Assembly: GCA_039804105.1 (NCBI GenBank)
Contig: JBDRZU010000001.1
Span: 256,001-320,000 of the forward strand
Length of the DNA stretch: 64,000 nt
Source: a candidate division WOR-3 bacterium
GTDB lineage: Bacteria > Hydrothermota > 32-111
Reading direction: 5' to 3'
Made by a program: the position numbers and the translations under genes. Below the pieces are notes generated by a model. That model was not told the DNA's origin. It saw only the letters and a program-made list of their open reading frames with translations, and did no database searches. Of this stretch, positions 29,338 to 38,885 are shown piece by piece. Each line of letters starts with the position of its first letter. The stretch's first letter is position 1.

Positions 29338-30095
29338 AATTCCTCCTTTATATATCTGTAAGCATTCTCAAATATTATTATACCATAAGGGTCTTTTTTC
29401 TCATCATAGTAAAATTGTTTTTCATCCCTGAACCTTTCAGGATGTGGCATCATTCCAAGGATTCTTCCTGTATTATCAACTATTCCAGCTATAGAATCAA
29501 AAGATCCATTCGGATTTTCAGGATATTTTAAAGTTTTTTTACCTTTATCATTAACATAAAAGAAAGCTCCAAGTTTTTCTATTAAATCTTTTTCAGAATT
29601 ATGAATAAATTTCCCTTCACCGTGAGCAACAGGAAGATAAATATAATCGGGAAGATTTTTAGTAAAAATTGTATTTTTGTTAACAAGAAGTTTTACCCAG
29701 CGATCTTCATAATGGAACGAATCATTAAATATTAAACTAACTTCCTGCTCCCATTTACCATAAGTATTTGGAAGTAGTCCGGATTTAACGAGAATCTGAA
29801 ACCCGTTACAGATACCAAGAATGAGTTTTCCATCATCAATATGTTTTTTAAAATTTTCAAATAGATGATGTTTTATAATGGAAGATACGATTCTACCACT
29901 TCCAGTATAATCTCCATAAGAAAAACCTCCAGGGAAAACTATGAATGAGAATTTTTTTATTACATCAGGATCCTGTATCAGTTCGCCTACTGTTAAAATT
30001 TCATTTTTAAATCCGACATTTTTAAGAATAAAAGATGTTTCCAACTCGCAGTTGGTTCCATCAGCTTTTATAACGAGAGATAAAAATTTGTTCAT
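29334..30095 (-). CDS. purQ: FGAM synthase glutaminase subunit
   Basis: GTNC, PGGFSYGD, GICNGFQ, AHGEG, NPNGS and MMPHPER motifs. Confidence 0.95.
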   Translation of the reverse strand: MNKFLSLVIKADGTNCELETSFILKNVGFKNEILTVGELIQDPDVIKKFSFIVFPGGFSYGDYTGSGRIVSSIIKHHLFENFKKHIDDGKLILGICNGFQILVKSGLLPNTYGKWEQEVSLIFNDSFHYEDRWVKLLVNKNTIFTKNLPDYIYLPVAHGEGKFIHNSEKDLIEKLGAFFYVNDKGKKTLKYPENPNGSFDSIAGIVDNTGRILGMMPHPERFRDEKQFYYDEKKDPYGIIIFENAYRYIKEEL

Positions 30096-30099
30096 AATA

Positions 30100-32883
30100 T
30101 CACCTGTAAAGTTTCATAAGTTTTCTTGTTTCGAATTTATAAATTTTGTTATTGTATTTAATTTTTATTAAAGGTTTTTTTACAACTCTTCCTAAAATTG
30201 TTAAATATTTTTTGCCGATTATTTTTTCAATATATTCGATATCATCATCGTAAACCTGTACAACATATCTTGTTTGAGTTTCAGAAAATAGAAAATCGAT
30301 TGGATCAAGTTTACTTTTTATTTCTATCTCACAGCCGAGATCGTTCCCAATACAACTTTCAAAAAGTGTAACAAAAAGGCCTCCATCTGAAATATCATGT
30401 GCTGAAATTAACATCCTTTTTTTACTGATCTCGTTAAAATTTCTATGGATTTCTGTTGACTCAAAAATATCTATGTCAGGAACAAAACCATTTTTTATTT
30501 TAAACTCAGTATAAAGAATTGAACCCGCTAATTCTTCCTTTGTCTCTTTTCCCAGAATCACAATTGAAGAAGGTTTTTGGGTCATTTTAAAATATGAACT
30601 TTTTATATTATCAACATCAGATACTGATAATGCAGAGATCAAAAGAGTTGGAGGGATTTCTATCTTCTTATCTTTCATTATGAAATAATTGTTCAAAGAA
30701 TCTTTCCCTGATATGAAGGGGGTTTTCAATCTCACAGTATAATCATAACATGCAAATGTCGATTCTACTATTGCCCCAAGAGTATGAGGGTTTGTTACAT
30801 CACCGAAGCAAAAATTATCGAGTAAAAATGTGTGATCAAGATCTCCCCCCTGTGAAAGAACATTTCTTATACTCTCATCTATAACAGCGTATGTCATCTT
30901 TTTGACATTCAACTCTCCATATCTTGGATTGATTCCACAACCAACCACAATACATTTTTCTTTTGAAAATAATGGGAATAAAACAGATGAATCGTTTGGT
31001 GAATTATGAGTTTTACCACCAAGTGGCTTTATCAATGTTTGTGATTGAACCTCATGATCATACTGTCTGACAATCCATTCTTTAGATTTAACATCATTTG
31101 ATGAAATAACTTTTTCAACAGCATCATCTATAGAAAACTTGTATTTTTCTTTTCTTTTTGATTCTTTGAAATTTACATAAGGTAAAGCTTTTTTTTCAAA
31201 CAAAGGAACACCTTTATGTAAAAAGTCCATATCAAGAGAGAGAACAAGTTTATCATAAAAATAAAGTTCAAGTTTCTTACCTTTAAAATAACCTATATGC
31301 GAAACCTCAGTGTTATATTTTTCGGCAATCTCTTTTATCCTCTCAAAATTTTTCGGGGGCACTGAAAGAACCATTCTCTCCTGACTTTCAGAAATCCAGA
31401 TTTCACTGTATGATAACCCTTCATATTTTAATGGCACCTTTTCAAGAAATACAACCGCGCCTGTCTCTTCTCCCATCTCTCCAACAGCAGATGATAATCC
31501 ACCTGCTCCACAATCGGTTATAGCATTAAAAAGTCCATCCATTTCCATGATAGCATCAAGCATTTTCTTTTCTTCGATTGGATTACCGATTTGCACAGCA
31601 CCACTTGATAACTCTTGAGAATCCTCAGTGAGTGATGTTGAGGAAAAAGTTGCTCCATGGATTCCATCCCTCCCAGTTTTTCCGCCTATCAAAACGATGT
31701 AATCATTTTCAACAACTTTTTTAAAGCTGTTTCGTGATTTCATTACTCCTATGCTTCCAGCAAAAACAAGAGGATTTCCAAGAAAATTTTTGTGATAACA
31801 AACCGCACCATTTATTGTAGGAATACCCATTCTGTTCCCATAATCTCTCACTCCTGCAACAACACCTTTCAAAATTTCATCTGGTGGTATTATCGTTTCA
31901 TTCTCCTTTAATTCTCCTTCATCAATTCCTATGCAAAAAACGTCTGTATTTGCAATAGGTTTAGCTGATAAGCCGGTTCCAATTATATCTCTAATGACTC
32001 CACCTATTCCAGTTCCTGCTCCTCCATAAGGTTCAAGTGCTGATGGATGATTATGAGTTTCAACTTTAAAACATATATTATGATATTCATCGAATTTTAC
32101 TATGCCTGCGTTATCAGAAAAAAGGGATACAGTGTCCGGATGATTTATTTTGTAACTCGCTTTCATTATTGTTTCTTTGAATAGATTTTTTATCTTTTTA
32201 TTTTTATATTTGAAAGGTGATTTAAAAGTTTTATGAACACAATGCTCAGACCATGTTTGAGCAATAGTTTCAAGTTCTATGTCCGTTGGTTTTCTTTTGA
32301 GTTTTTTGTAAAAGTAATCCTTTATGACTTCCATTTCCTTTAAATTGAGCGATAAAAACATATCTTTTGATAATTTCTCAAGATCACAATCAAGATCGAT
32401 ATACTTTATTTCAAACTCTTGAATTTTTTTCTGGATTTTATTCTTCTCCCTGAATTCTCCAACCTGTTCAACAAGAGGATTAAAATATCTATTCTTTAAA
32501 AATCTTATAATACTTTCTTTATCTACTTTTTCTTCTGAAAAAAAGTAAAACCTTCTTATCGTTTTCACATTTTCCACTTCAAAAGATGATTTTAGAAGGT
32601 AATTTTTGAGGGTTTCACCAGCAGGATCCATTACTCCATCTTTATAGTATATATCAATAAAAAATGAATTTTCAAAAGGATGATCTGGATGTATATAAAT
32701 TTCATCTGTGATTGAATCTACTAGGAGATCTTGTAAAAAATTTAGATCTATGTCCCTATCAAAAAAATAGAGATTCGAAGTTCGAACTTTTTCAATCCTC
32801 AAATGTCTTTTTTTCATCTCATTCTTTATTATAAGACCAAGTGAATCATAACTATCATTTTTGGGAACAATTTCTAATATCAT
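30100..32883 (-). CDS. purL: FGAM synthase PurL with an N-terminal PurS-like extension
   Basis: QTWSEHC.HK, KVETHNHPSA, GRDGIHGATF, SESQERM, QYDHEV and HDISDGG motifs. Confidence 0.95.
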   Translation of the reverse strand: MILEIVPKNDSYDSLGLIIKNEMKKRHLRIEKVRTSNLYFFDRDIDLNFLQDLLVDSITDEIYIHPDHPFENSFFIDIYYKDGVMDPAGETLKNYLLKSSFEVENVKTIRRFYFFSEEKVDKESIIRFLKNRYFNPLVEQVGEFREKNKIQKKIQEFEIKYIDLDCDLEKLSKDMFLSLNLKEMEVIKDYFYKKLKRKPTDIELETIAQTWSEHCVHKTFKSPFKYKNKKIKNLFKETIMKASYKINHPDTVSLFSDNAGIVKFDEYHNICFKVETHNHPSALEPYGGAGTGIGGVIRDIIGTGLSAKPIANTDVFCIGIDEGELKENETIIPPDEILKGVVAGVRDYGNRMGIPTINGAVCYHKNFLGNPLVFAGSIGVMKSRNSFKKVVENDYIVLIGGKTGRDGIHGATFSSTSLTEDSQELSSGAVQIGNPIEEKKMLDAIMEMDGLFNAITDCGAGGLSSAVGEMGEETGAVVFLEKVPLKYEGLSYSEIWISESQERMVLSVPPKNFERIKEIAEKYNTEVSHIGYFKGKKLELYFYDKLVLSLDMDFLHKGVPLFEKKALPYVNFKESKRKEKYKFSIDDAVEKVISSNDVKSKEWIVRQYDHEVQSQTLIKPLGGKTHNSPNDSSVLFPLFSKEKCIVVGCGINPRYGELNVKKMTYAVIDESIRNVLSQGGDLDHTFLLDNFCFGDVTNPHTLGAIVESTFACYDYTVRLKTPFISGKDSLNNYFIMKDKKIEIPPTLLISALSVSDVDNIKSSYFKMTQKPSSIVILGKETKEELAGSILYTEFKIKNGFVPDIDIFESTEIHRNFNEISKKRMLISAHDISDGGLFVTLFESCIGNDLGCEIEIKSKLDPIDFLFSETQTRYVVQVYDDDIEYIEKIIGKKYLTILGRVVKKPLIKIKYNNKIYKFETRKLMKLYR

Positions 32884-33761
32884 TTTTCCTCCAGATTATC
32901 AAACTCCTGAATGAAACAGTTTTCAAGACCTAACATGTTTGCGTAATCAACAATCTCTTCATATTCTTCAACATAAACTTTTCTTTTTAATAAAAGATCA
33001 TCAAGTGCCTTAAAGTATGGTGTATATTGTGCCATCAAAGAAAGAGAAATTTCTCCACCAAAGTTATCAAAGCAAAATTTGATAATCTCTTTCATCTCTC
33101 TTACCTTACCTGGCAATAAAAGTATTCTTATGATCAATCCTTTTTGTGCATATCCGTCTTTGTCAACTTTTAAATATCCCTTCTGTTTAAAAAATTTTTT
33201 GATGTTTTTAAAGACAATTGAAATGTAGTTATCAACAGAAGAATATTTTTTCGCATCATTATCGTTAGAGTATCTTATATCAGCAAGATATACATCAACT
33301 ATTTCATCCAAAAAATCGACAACATCAGGATTTTCATAGGAAGATGTGTTCCAAACGATTGGAATTTTCAATTTTATGCCTTTTATTTCTTTTACAACAT
33401 TATATATGTGATAAGAATAATGTGTTGGAGTGACAAAATTTATATTTCTTGCTCCCCTTTTCTGTAAATCAAGTATTGCCTCTTTTAACCCATATTCATC
33501 AGTAATGTTTCCAACTCCAAGTTGTGATATTGGATAGTTCTGACAGTATATACATTTCATAGAACAGTTTGAAAAGAAGATCGTTCCAGAACCATCAGTC
33601 CCCGAAATTGGTGGTTCTTCTCCAAAATGGAGATTTTTCGATGCGATTTTGATTTTATGGTCAGCATTACAGATACCTGTTTCTCCTTTATATCTTTTGG
33701 CACCACACATGTTCCCACAAAGGAAACACCTATCGATGTAAAAATTTTTTAAATGGTTCAT
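32880..33761 (-). CDS. Radical SAM protein (PflX-like)
   Basis: CFLCGNMC, HFGEEPPISG..GSGTIFF and CSMKCIYCQN motifs. Confidence 0.88.
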   Translation of the reverse strand: MNHLKNFYIDRCFLCGNMCGAKRYKGETGICNADHKIKIASKNLHFGEEPPISGTDGSGTIFFSNCSMKCIYCQNYPISQLGVGNITDEYGLKEAILDLQKRGARNINFVTPTHYSYHIYNVVKEIKGIKLKIPIVWNTSSYENPDVVDFLDEIVDVYLADIRYSNDNDAKKYSSVDNYISIVFKNIKKFFKQKGYLKVDKDGYAQKGLIIRILLLPGKVREMKEIIKFCFDNFGGEISLSLMAQYTPYFKALDDLLLKRKVYVEEYEEIVDYANMLGLENCFIQEFDNLEEK

Positions 33762-34743
33762 AATTTTTCAATCTATCAACGATTTTACTTTCTGCCGCAA
33801 ATTTCCACATCTCCTTTTCACCGAGGAGTATCGCTTCTTCTGATTTATAGAAATCAAAATGTTTTATCGATGTCATATCAGGTTGAATCAAAAAATCTGG
33901 TTTATCAAAATTCAACCTGAAATTCGCAAGATTTGACTCCGCTATCATAAATGTTTGTGATAGAACATCCATTATGTTCAGTTTGTCATTCAGGTTTAAA
34001 AGTGAACCTAAAATTTTTGCTTTTTTTTCGATTGTTTCAATCTCCTGTTTTATAAAAATTTTTAATTTTTCATTAAAATTTGTAGCTTGATCAACTTTTT
34101 GTATCTGGTAGTTTTCAGTTCTTTCGACCATAGGAAAATCAGCACATTTACATTTTAGAACAGGAGTATGAAGAACATTTACAGCTATTACTACATCAGC
34201 ACCTAACCTTCTACATAAAGATACCGGCACAGGATTCACTAAACCTCCATCAACAAGCGCATAATTTTTTAACATTTTTGGAGTTATGATTCCGGGTATC
34301 GAAATCGATGCACGCACAGCATCCCTTAAAAATCCCTTTGTGAAATTCAACTCTCTGCCATCGATAATGTTACATGCTACACAACCAAATGGAATCTTTA
34401 ACCTGTCAAAAGTATCAACTGGAAGCAACGAATCGATATATCTATTTAAAATTTCTCCATTGACAAGTCCAGCTCCATCAAACGTGATTTTAAAAAGTTT
34501 TTTTACCTCTTTTTTATCTATTTTGTTTGCAAGGTCTTCAATATCTTTTGCAAGATAACCTGAAGCGTATAAGGCACCAACGAGTGCTCCCATAGAAGTT
34601 CCTGCGATTACATCAGGTTTGATTTTCAATTCTTCAAGAACTTTTAAAACACCAATATGAGCATAACCTTTTGCAGCACCAGAACCAAGAGCAAGTCCGA
34701 TTTTAGGTTTTTTGTTTTTGAATCCCATAAATCCCATATTCAC
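33730..34743 (-). CDS. Patatin-like phospholipase (RssA-like)
   Basis: GSGAAKG, GTSMG and DGG motifs. Confidence 0.9.
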   Translation of the reverse strand: MNMGFMGFKNKKPKIGLALGSGAAKGYAHIGVLKVLEELKIKPDVIAGTSMGALVGALYASGYLAKDIEDLANKIDKKEVKKLFKITFDGAGLVNGEILNRYIDSLLPVDTFDRLKIPFGCVACNIIDGRELNFTKGFLRDAVRASISIPGIITPKMLKNYALVDGGLVNPVPVSLCRRLGADVVIAVNVLHTPVLKCKCADFPMVERTENYQIQKVDQATNFNEKLKIFIKQEIETIEKKAKILGSLLNLNDKLNIMDVLSQTFMIAESNLANFRLNFDKPDFLIQPDMTSIKHFDFYKSEEAILLGEKEMWKFAAESKIVDRLKNYEPFKKFLHR

Positions 34744-34744
34744 C

Positions 34745-36286
34745 TCAATGTTTAAAATGTCTTACATTTGTGAACACCATCGAAATCCCATATTCGTTAC
34801 ACGCTTCGATAACCTCTTGATCTTTGATCGAACCACCTGGTTGAACTATAGCGTATATTCCCTCTTTTGCTATCAAATCTATTGAATCTCTGAACGGGAA
34901 AAAACCATCGGATGCAAGTGCAGAACCACCTGTATATGCTGCCATTCCACCAGCTTTTTTCAGTGCAATTTCGACAGCATCAACTCTTGATGTTTGTCCC
35001 CCAGATATACCCATAGTTCTATTCGGTGTAGCAACAACTATTGCGTTTGATTTTACAAATCTGACAACTTTCCATCCAAAATATATCGCAGCCCATTCTT
35101 TTTCTGTTGGCCTTTTTTCTGTAACAACCTGAAATAGGGACGAATTGTCCTGAATGTTATCCTTGTTTTGAACAAGATAGCAACCTGTTAATGATCTTAA
35201 TTCTATTTCTTTCTTTATATCTATTTCTCCTTCAACTATTCTTAAATTTTTCTTTTTTGATAAGATCTTTAAAGAATTCCCGGAAAACGAAGGAGCATAG
35301 AGAACTTCCATAAAAAGAGGGCTTATCATTTCTGCTGTTTCTTCATCACATTCTCTGTTTAAAGCGATTATTCCACCAAAAGCGGATTTCGGATCAGAAA
35401 TGTGTGCATACTGAAAAGCATCTGAAATTGTCTCTCCAATTCCAACTCCACAAGGATTACAGTGCTTAATTATTGAGCAAGCAGGTTGTTCAAATGATAG
35501 GGAAATGTTTATGGCAGCATCAAGATCGAGATAATTGTTAAACGACATTTCTTTCCCCTGGATCACTCTTAAATCTGCAAGAGTTCTGTTCGAACCACTC
35601 ACCACATACAGAGAACCTTTTTGATGTGGATTCTCTCCATATCTTAAATCTGATTTTTTCTTTAAAATCAGATTCAAATTGTTCGGTAACATCGATTCAT
35701 TCTGATTTATGATACTAAAAAATTTGAATATCGTTGAATCGTATTCGACAACTCTGTTAAACGCTTTTTGCGCAAGAAGTGAAAGTGTTGATTCTGTAAT
35801 TGAACCATCGTTTTCTTCTATATGTTCCGCAATATTTTTATAGTCATTTTTATCAACGATTACTCCTACAAATTTATAGTTTTTTGCAGCGGCTCTTATA
35901 AGAGAAACTCCTCCTATATCAATTTTTTCGATCAAATTTTCAAGATCTTCAACTGGATTCTTTGAATTTTTAAAATTTTCTTCAAATGGATAAAGATCAA
36001 CAACAACAAGATCAAAAAGGACCTTTACTTTTGAAATATCATCTTTATCTCTTCTCGCAAGTATCCCGGCGAAAAGATCTGTATTTAGTGTTTTAACTCT
36101 TCCACCAAGAAGTTCGCTTATTCCAGTAATTTCTTCAGTTTCGGACACATCATAGCCGAGTGTTTTTATATATTTTGCTGTTGAACTTGTTGCGTATATT
36201 TTTACTGAATATTTTTTTAGAGTATCGAGTAAATTTTCGATGCCATCTTTGTTATAAAGTGAAATTAAAGCATTTTTTATTTTCAT
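34745..36286 (-). CDS. purH: Bifunctional AICAR formyltransferase / IMP cyclohydrolase
   Basis: GRVKTL, IDIGG..RAAAKN, LRYGENPHQ, KSNAI, SDGFFPF and RHFKH motifs. Confidence 0.96.
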   Translation of the reverse strand: MKIKNALISLYNKDGIENLLDTLKKYSVKIYATSSTAKYIKTLGYDVSETEEITGISELLGGRVKTLNTDLFAGILARRDKDDISKVKVLFDLVVVDLYPFEENFKNSKNPVEDLENLIEKIDIGGVSLIRAAAKNYKFVGVIVDKNDYKNIAEHIEENDGSITESTLSLLAQKAFNRVVEYDSTIFKFFSIINQNESMLPNNLNLILKKKSDLRYGENPHQKGSLYVVSGSNRTLADLRVIQGKEMSFNNYLDLDAAINISLSFEQPACSIIKHCNPCGVGIGETISDAFQYAHISDPKSAFGGIIALNRECDEETAEMISPLFMEVLYAPSFSGNSLKILSKKKNLRIVEGEIDIKKEIELRSLTGCYLVQNKDNIQDNSSLFQVVTEKRPTEKEWAAIYFGWKVVRFVKSNAIVVATPNRTMGISGGQTSRVDAVEIALKKAGGMAAYTGGSALASDGFFPFRDSIDLIAKEGIYAIVQPGGSIKDQEVIEACNEYGISMVFTNVRHFKH

Positions 36287-37326
36287 AATGACTCCTTCAA
36301 TTTTTCTGCAATTATAGCTGATGCGTTTCCCTTTCCATAAAAAAATTTATATTTTTTGAATTTAAATTTTTTTTCAACATTTTCGTCAACTATTTCCCCA
36401 AAAGGTGATAAAATGTTATAACCTGATTCAACCGTCTCTTGCCATTCGGTTTCATTCCTGAGAGTTATACAAGGTTTTTTTGTAAAGTATGCTTCCTTCT
36501 GCAATCCTCCGGAATCCGTTATAACGATTCTACAATTTTTTAATAAAAAAAGTGTTTCAAAATAACCAATAGGATCAATAAATTCAATATTTTTATAGAT
36601 TCTTTCATCGGAAAGCACATTTTTTGTTCTTGGATGAACAGGAAAAATTATTTTATAATTTAACCTCGAAACATTGTTTAGAATTTTTTTTAAAATCTCT
36701 TTTTTTGTATTCGATTCTCTGTGAATAGTTAATAGAGCGAAATCCTTATTCTCGATTTTTTTTTTCAAATCTTTACTGACTTTCTTTTCCACATCCTTTT
36801 CAAGCATCAAAAAAAGATCGTACATCACATCTCCTGAAAAAATACCCTTTAACCCTTCCTTTTTCAAATTAGAAATGGCAAGTTTCGATGGTGCAAAAAG
36901 ATAATCTGACACTCTATCGGTAACAATCCTGTTGATCTCTTCAGGCATATAAATGTTTTTGCTTCTAAGCCCCGCCTCTATATGAACAAGAGGTATGCAG
37001 AGTTTTGAAGTTGTTATGGCACCAGCAAGTGTTGTGTTTGTATCTCCATAAACTATTACTCCCGATGGCTTTTCTTTCTGGAGAACTTCTTCAAATTTCT
37101 CCATTATTTCACCAGTTTGTTGTGAATGCGTTTTCGATCCAACACCAAGATTGTTATTAGGAACAGGGAGTCTTAAAGATTTAAAAAATATTTCCGACAT
37201 ATTGAAATCATAATGTTGCCCGGAATGAACAAGTACGATTTTAAAATATTTTTTTAAATGTATGTTAACTGGAGCGTGTTTTATAAACTGTGGTCTTGCT
37301 CCTAAAAGAACTACAATTTTTTTCAT
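36283..37326 (-). CDS. wecB: UDP-N-acetylglucosamine 2-epimerase (non-hydrolysing)
   Basis: GARPQFIK, GQHYD, HIEAGLRS and TDSGGLQKEA motifs. Confidence 0.92.
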   Translation of the reverse strand: MKKIVVLLGARPQFIKHAPVNIHLKKYFKIVLVHSGQHYDFNMSEIFFKSLRLPVPNNNLGVGSKTHSQQTGEIMEKFEEVLQKEKPSGVIVYGDTNTTLAGAITTSKLCIPLVHIEAGLRSKNIYMPEEINRIVTDRVSDYLFAPSKLAISNLKKEGLKGIFSGDVMYDLFLMLEKDVEKKVSKDLKKKIENKDFALLTIHRESNTKKEILKKILNNVSRLNYKIIFPVHPRTKNVLSDERIYKNIEFIDPIGYFETLFLLKNCRIVITDSGGLQKEAYFTKKPCITLRNETEWQETVESGYNILSPFGEIVDENVEKKFKFKKYKFFYGKGNASAIIAEKLKESL

Positions 37327-38279
37327 AACGAATAGAGTTCTTTTTCAAGATTTTGGATAGTTTTTTCAAGTGTATCCCTTGATTTTCCACCGGCAGCATA
37401 ATAGTGGCCACCACCTTCAAACTTTCTTGCGAAAAGATCTGCGTTGTACTTTTCGATTTTGCTTCTGAAAGAAATTCTGATATTTCCTTCTTCTTCAGTT
37501 AACAAAACAGCGAATCCAACACCTTTAATTTTTAAAAGTTCGTTCACTATTCCATCAGTGTATTCTTTTTTTGATTTCAACTCATCAAAATCTGATAGTT
37601 TTATGTAAGAATAAACTTTATCATCAATAAATTTTATTCTGTCAATTACTCTTGATATGAGTTTGATCTTTGCAAAAGGACGGGACATAAAAACTTCGTT
37701 TGAAATTTTTTGCCTCTCAGCCCCTTCATCTATAAGTTTTGATGCGATTTTGAATGTTTCTGAGTTTGTGTTTTCAAACATAAAATTTCCTGTATCTGAA
37801 ACAATACCGGTGTACAAAGCGTTACAAATATTTGTATCAAACTTGATATTCATTCTTCTCAAAAGTTTGAACACTATCTCAGCTGTAGAACTTGAATACA
37901 CATCTATAAGATTTTCGTGTCCAAAATTTTTATTCGAATCATGATGATCTATATTGATAAGAAAAATATTTTTTTGTAAAAGTTCAAGTAAATATTTTTC
38001 TATCCTTTCACCGGGTCTTGCAAGATCGGACATATCAAGTGTAATAACAAGATTAAATTTTTTTTCTAATGGAATCTCTTTTTTTATGAACTCACTCCCT
38101 TTTAAAAAAAGAAAGGTTTCAGGGACATCGTCCTCATTCAAACAGAAAACATCTTTTTTGATCTTTTTTAAAGCGAGTATGAGGCCTATCTGGGAACCAA
38201 TAGAATCACCATCTGGTCTTTTATGGGAAACTATCAAGATTCTTCTTGCTGATTTAATCTTCTCTATTATCTTCTTCAT
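37323..38279 (-). CDS. nrnA: DHH-family oligoribonuclease / pAp phosphatase
   Basis: HKRPDGD, IDHH, DTGNF and GGGH motifs; follows rbfA. Confidence 0.88.
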   Translation of the reverse strand: MKKIIEKIKSARRILIVSHKRPDGDSIGSQIGLILALKKIKKDVFCLNEDDVPETFLFLKGSEFIKKEIPLEKKFNLVITLDMSDLARPGERIEKYLLELLQKNIFLINIDHHDSNKNFGHENLIDVYSSSTAEIVFKLLRRMNIKFDTNICNALYTGIVSDTGNFMFENTNSETFKIASKLIDEGAERQKISNEVFMSRPFAKIKLISRVIDRIKFIDDKVYSYIKLSDFDELKSKKEYTDGIVNELLKIKGVGFAVLLTEEEGNIRISFRSKIEKYNADLFARKFEGGGHYYAAGGKSRDTLEKTIQNLEKELYSL

Positions 38280-38607
38280 CTTTTAACTCTTGAAGTAGAT
38301 TTTCAATCCGCATTTGATATTCAAGTCCATCATCGTATTTGAATTTAATTTCGGGAGTTTTTCTTAAATTGATTTTTTCACTGATATGGCTCCTGAAAAA
38401 ACCTTTTGCTTTTTCAAGATGTAAAGGTATATAATCTTTCTTTTTATGTGCAATATAAAAGATTGTTGCATACTTTAAATCATCAGTTACTTCAACTCTT
38501 GTGAAAGTGATCAATTTCAATTTTGGATCCTTTATATACTCAAGTGAAATTGAAGCAACTTTCAAAATTTCAGATTCTATCCTTTTATGTCTTCGTTCAC
38601 TCACCAT
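38254..38607 (-). CDS. rbfA: Ribosome-binding factor A
   Basis: KDPKL, VTDDLKYA and LRKTPEIKFKYD motifs. Confidence 0.93.
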   Translation of the reverse strand: MVSERRHKRIESEILKVASISLEYIKDPKLKLITFTRVEVTDDLKYATIFYIAHKKKDYIPLHLEKAKGFFRSHISEKINLRKTPEIKFKYDDGLEYQMRIENLLQELKDEEDNRED

Positions 38608-38885
38608 ATTTCTATCTCACTTTTTATGATCATAACAAGTGGGTTCGAATCAATAAAATTTATAATTTCTTTTAACTGTCTATCGTTGAATTTGGTATCA
38701 TTGGAAACAATTGCAATACCTATTGTTGATTTTTTACAAGAATCGTTATCGTCAACTTCTGCAATCGATACGTTGTATCTGTTTTTAATTCTTTCAATCA
38801 AAGATTTGATAACTCTTCTTTTATCCTTTAAAGTTTGTGATTCTCTCATAAAAAGTTCTATTTTTGCTATTGTGACCTTCATCAA
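38601..38885 (-). CDS. DUF503 (YlxP) protein
   Basis: LKDKRRVIKSL..NVSIAEV; typical position between infB and rbfA. Confidence 0.88.
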   Translation of the reverse strand: MMKVTIAKIELFMRESQTLKDKRRVIKSLIERIKNRYNVSIAEVDDNDSCKKSTIGIAIVSNDTKFNDRQLKEIINFIDSNPLVMIIKSEIEIW

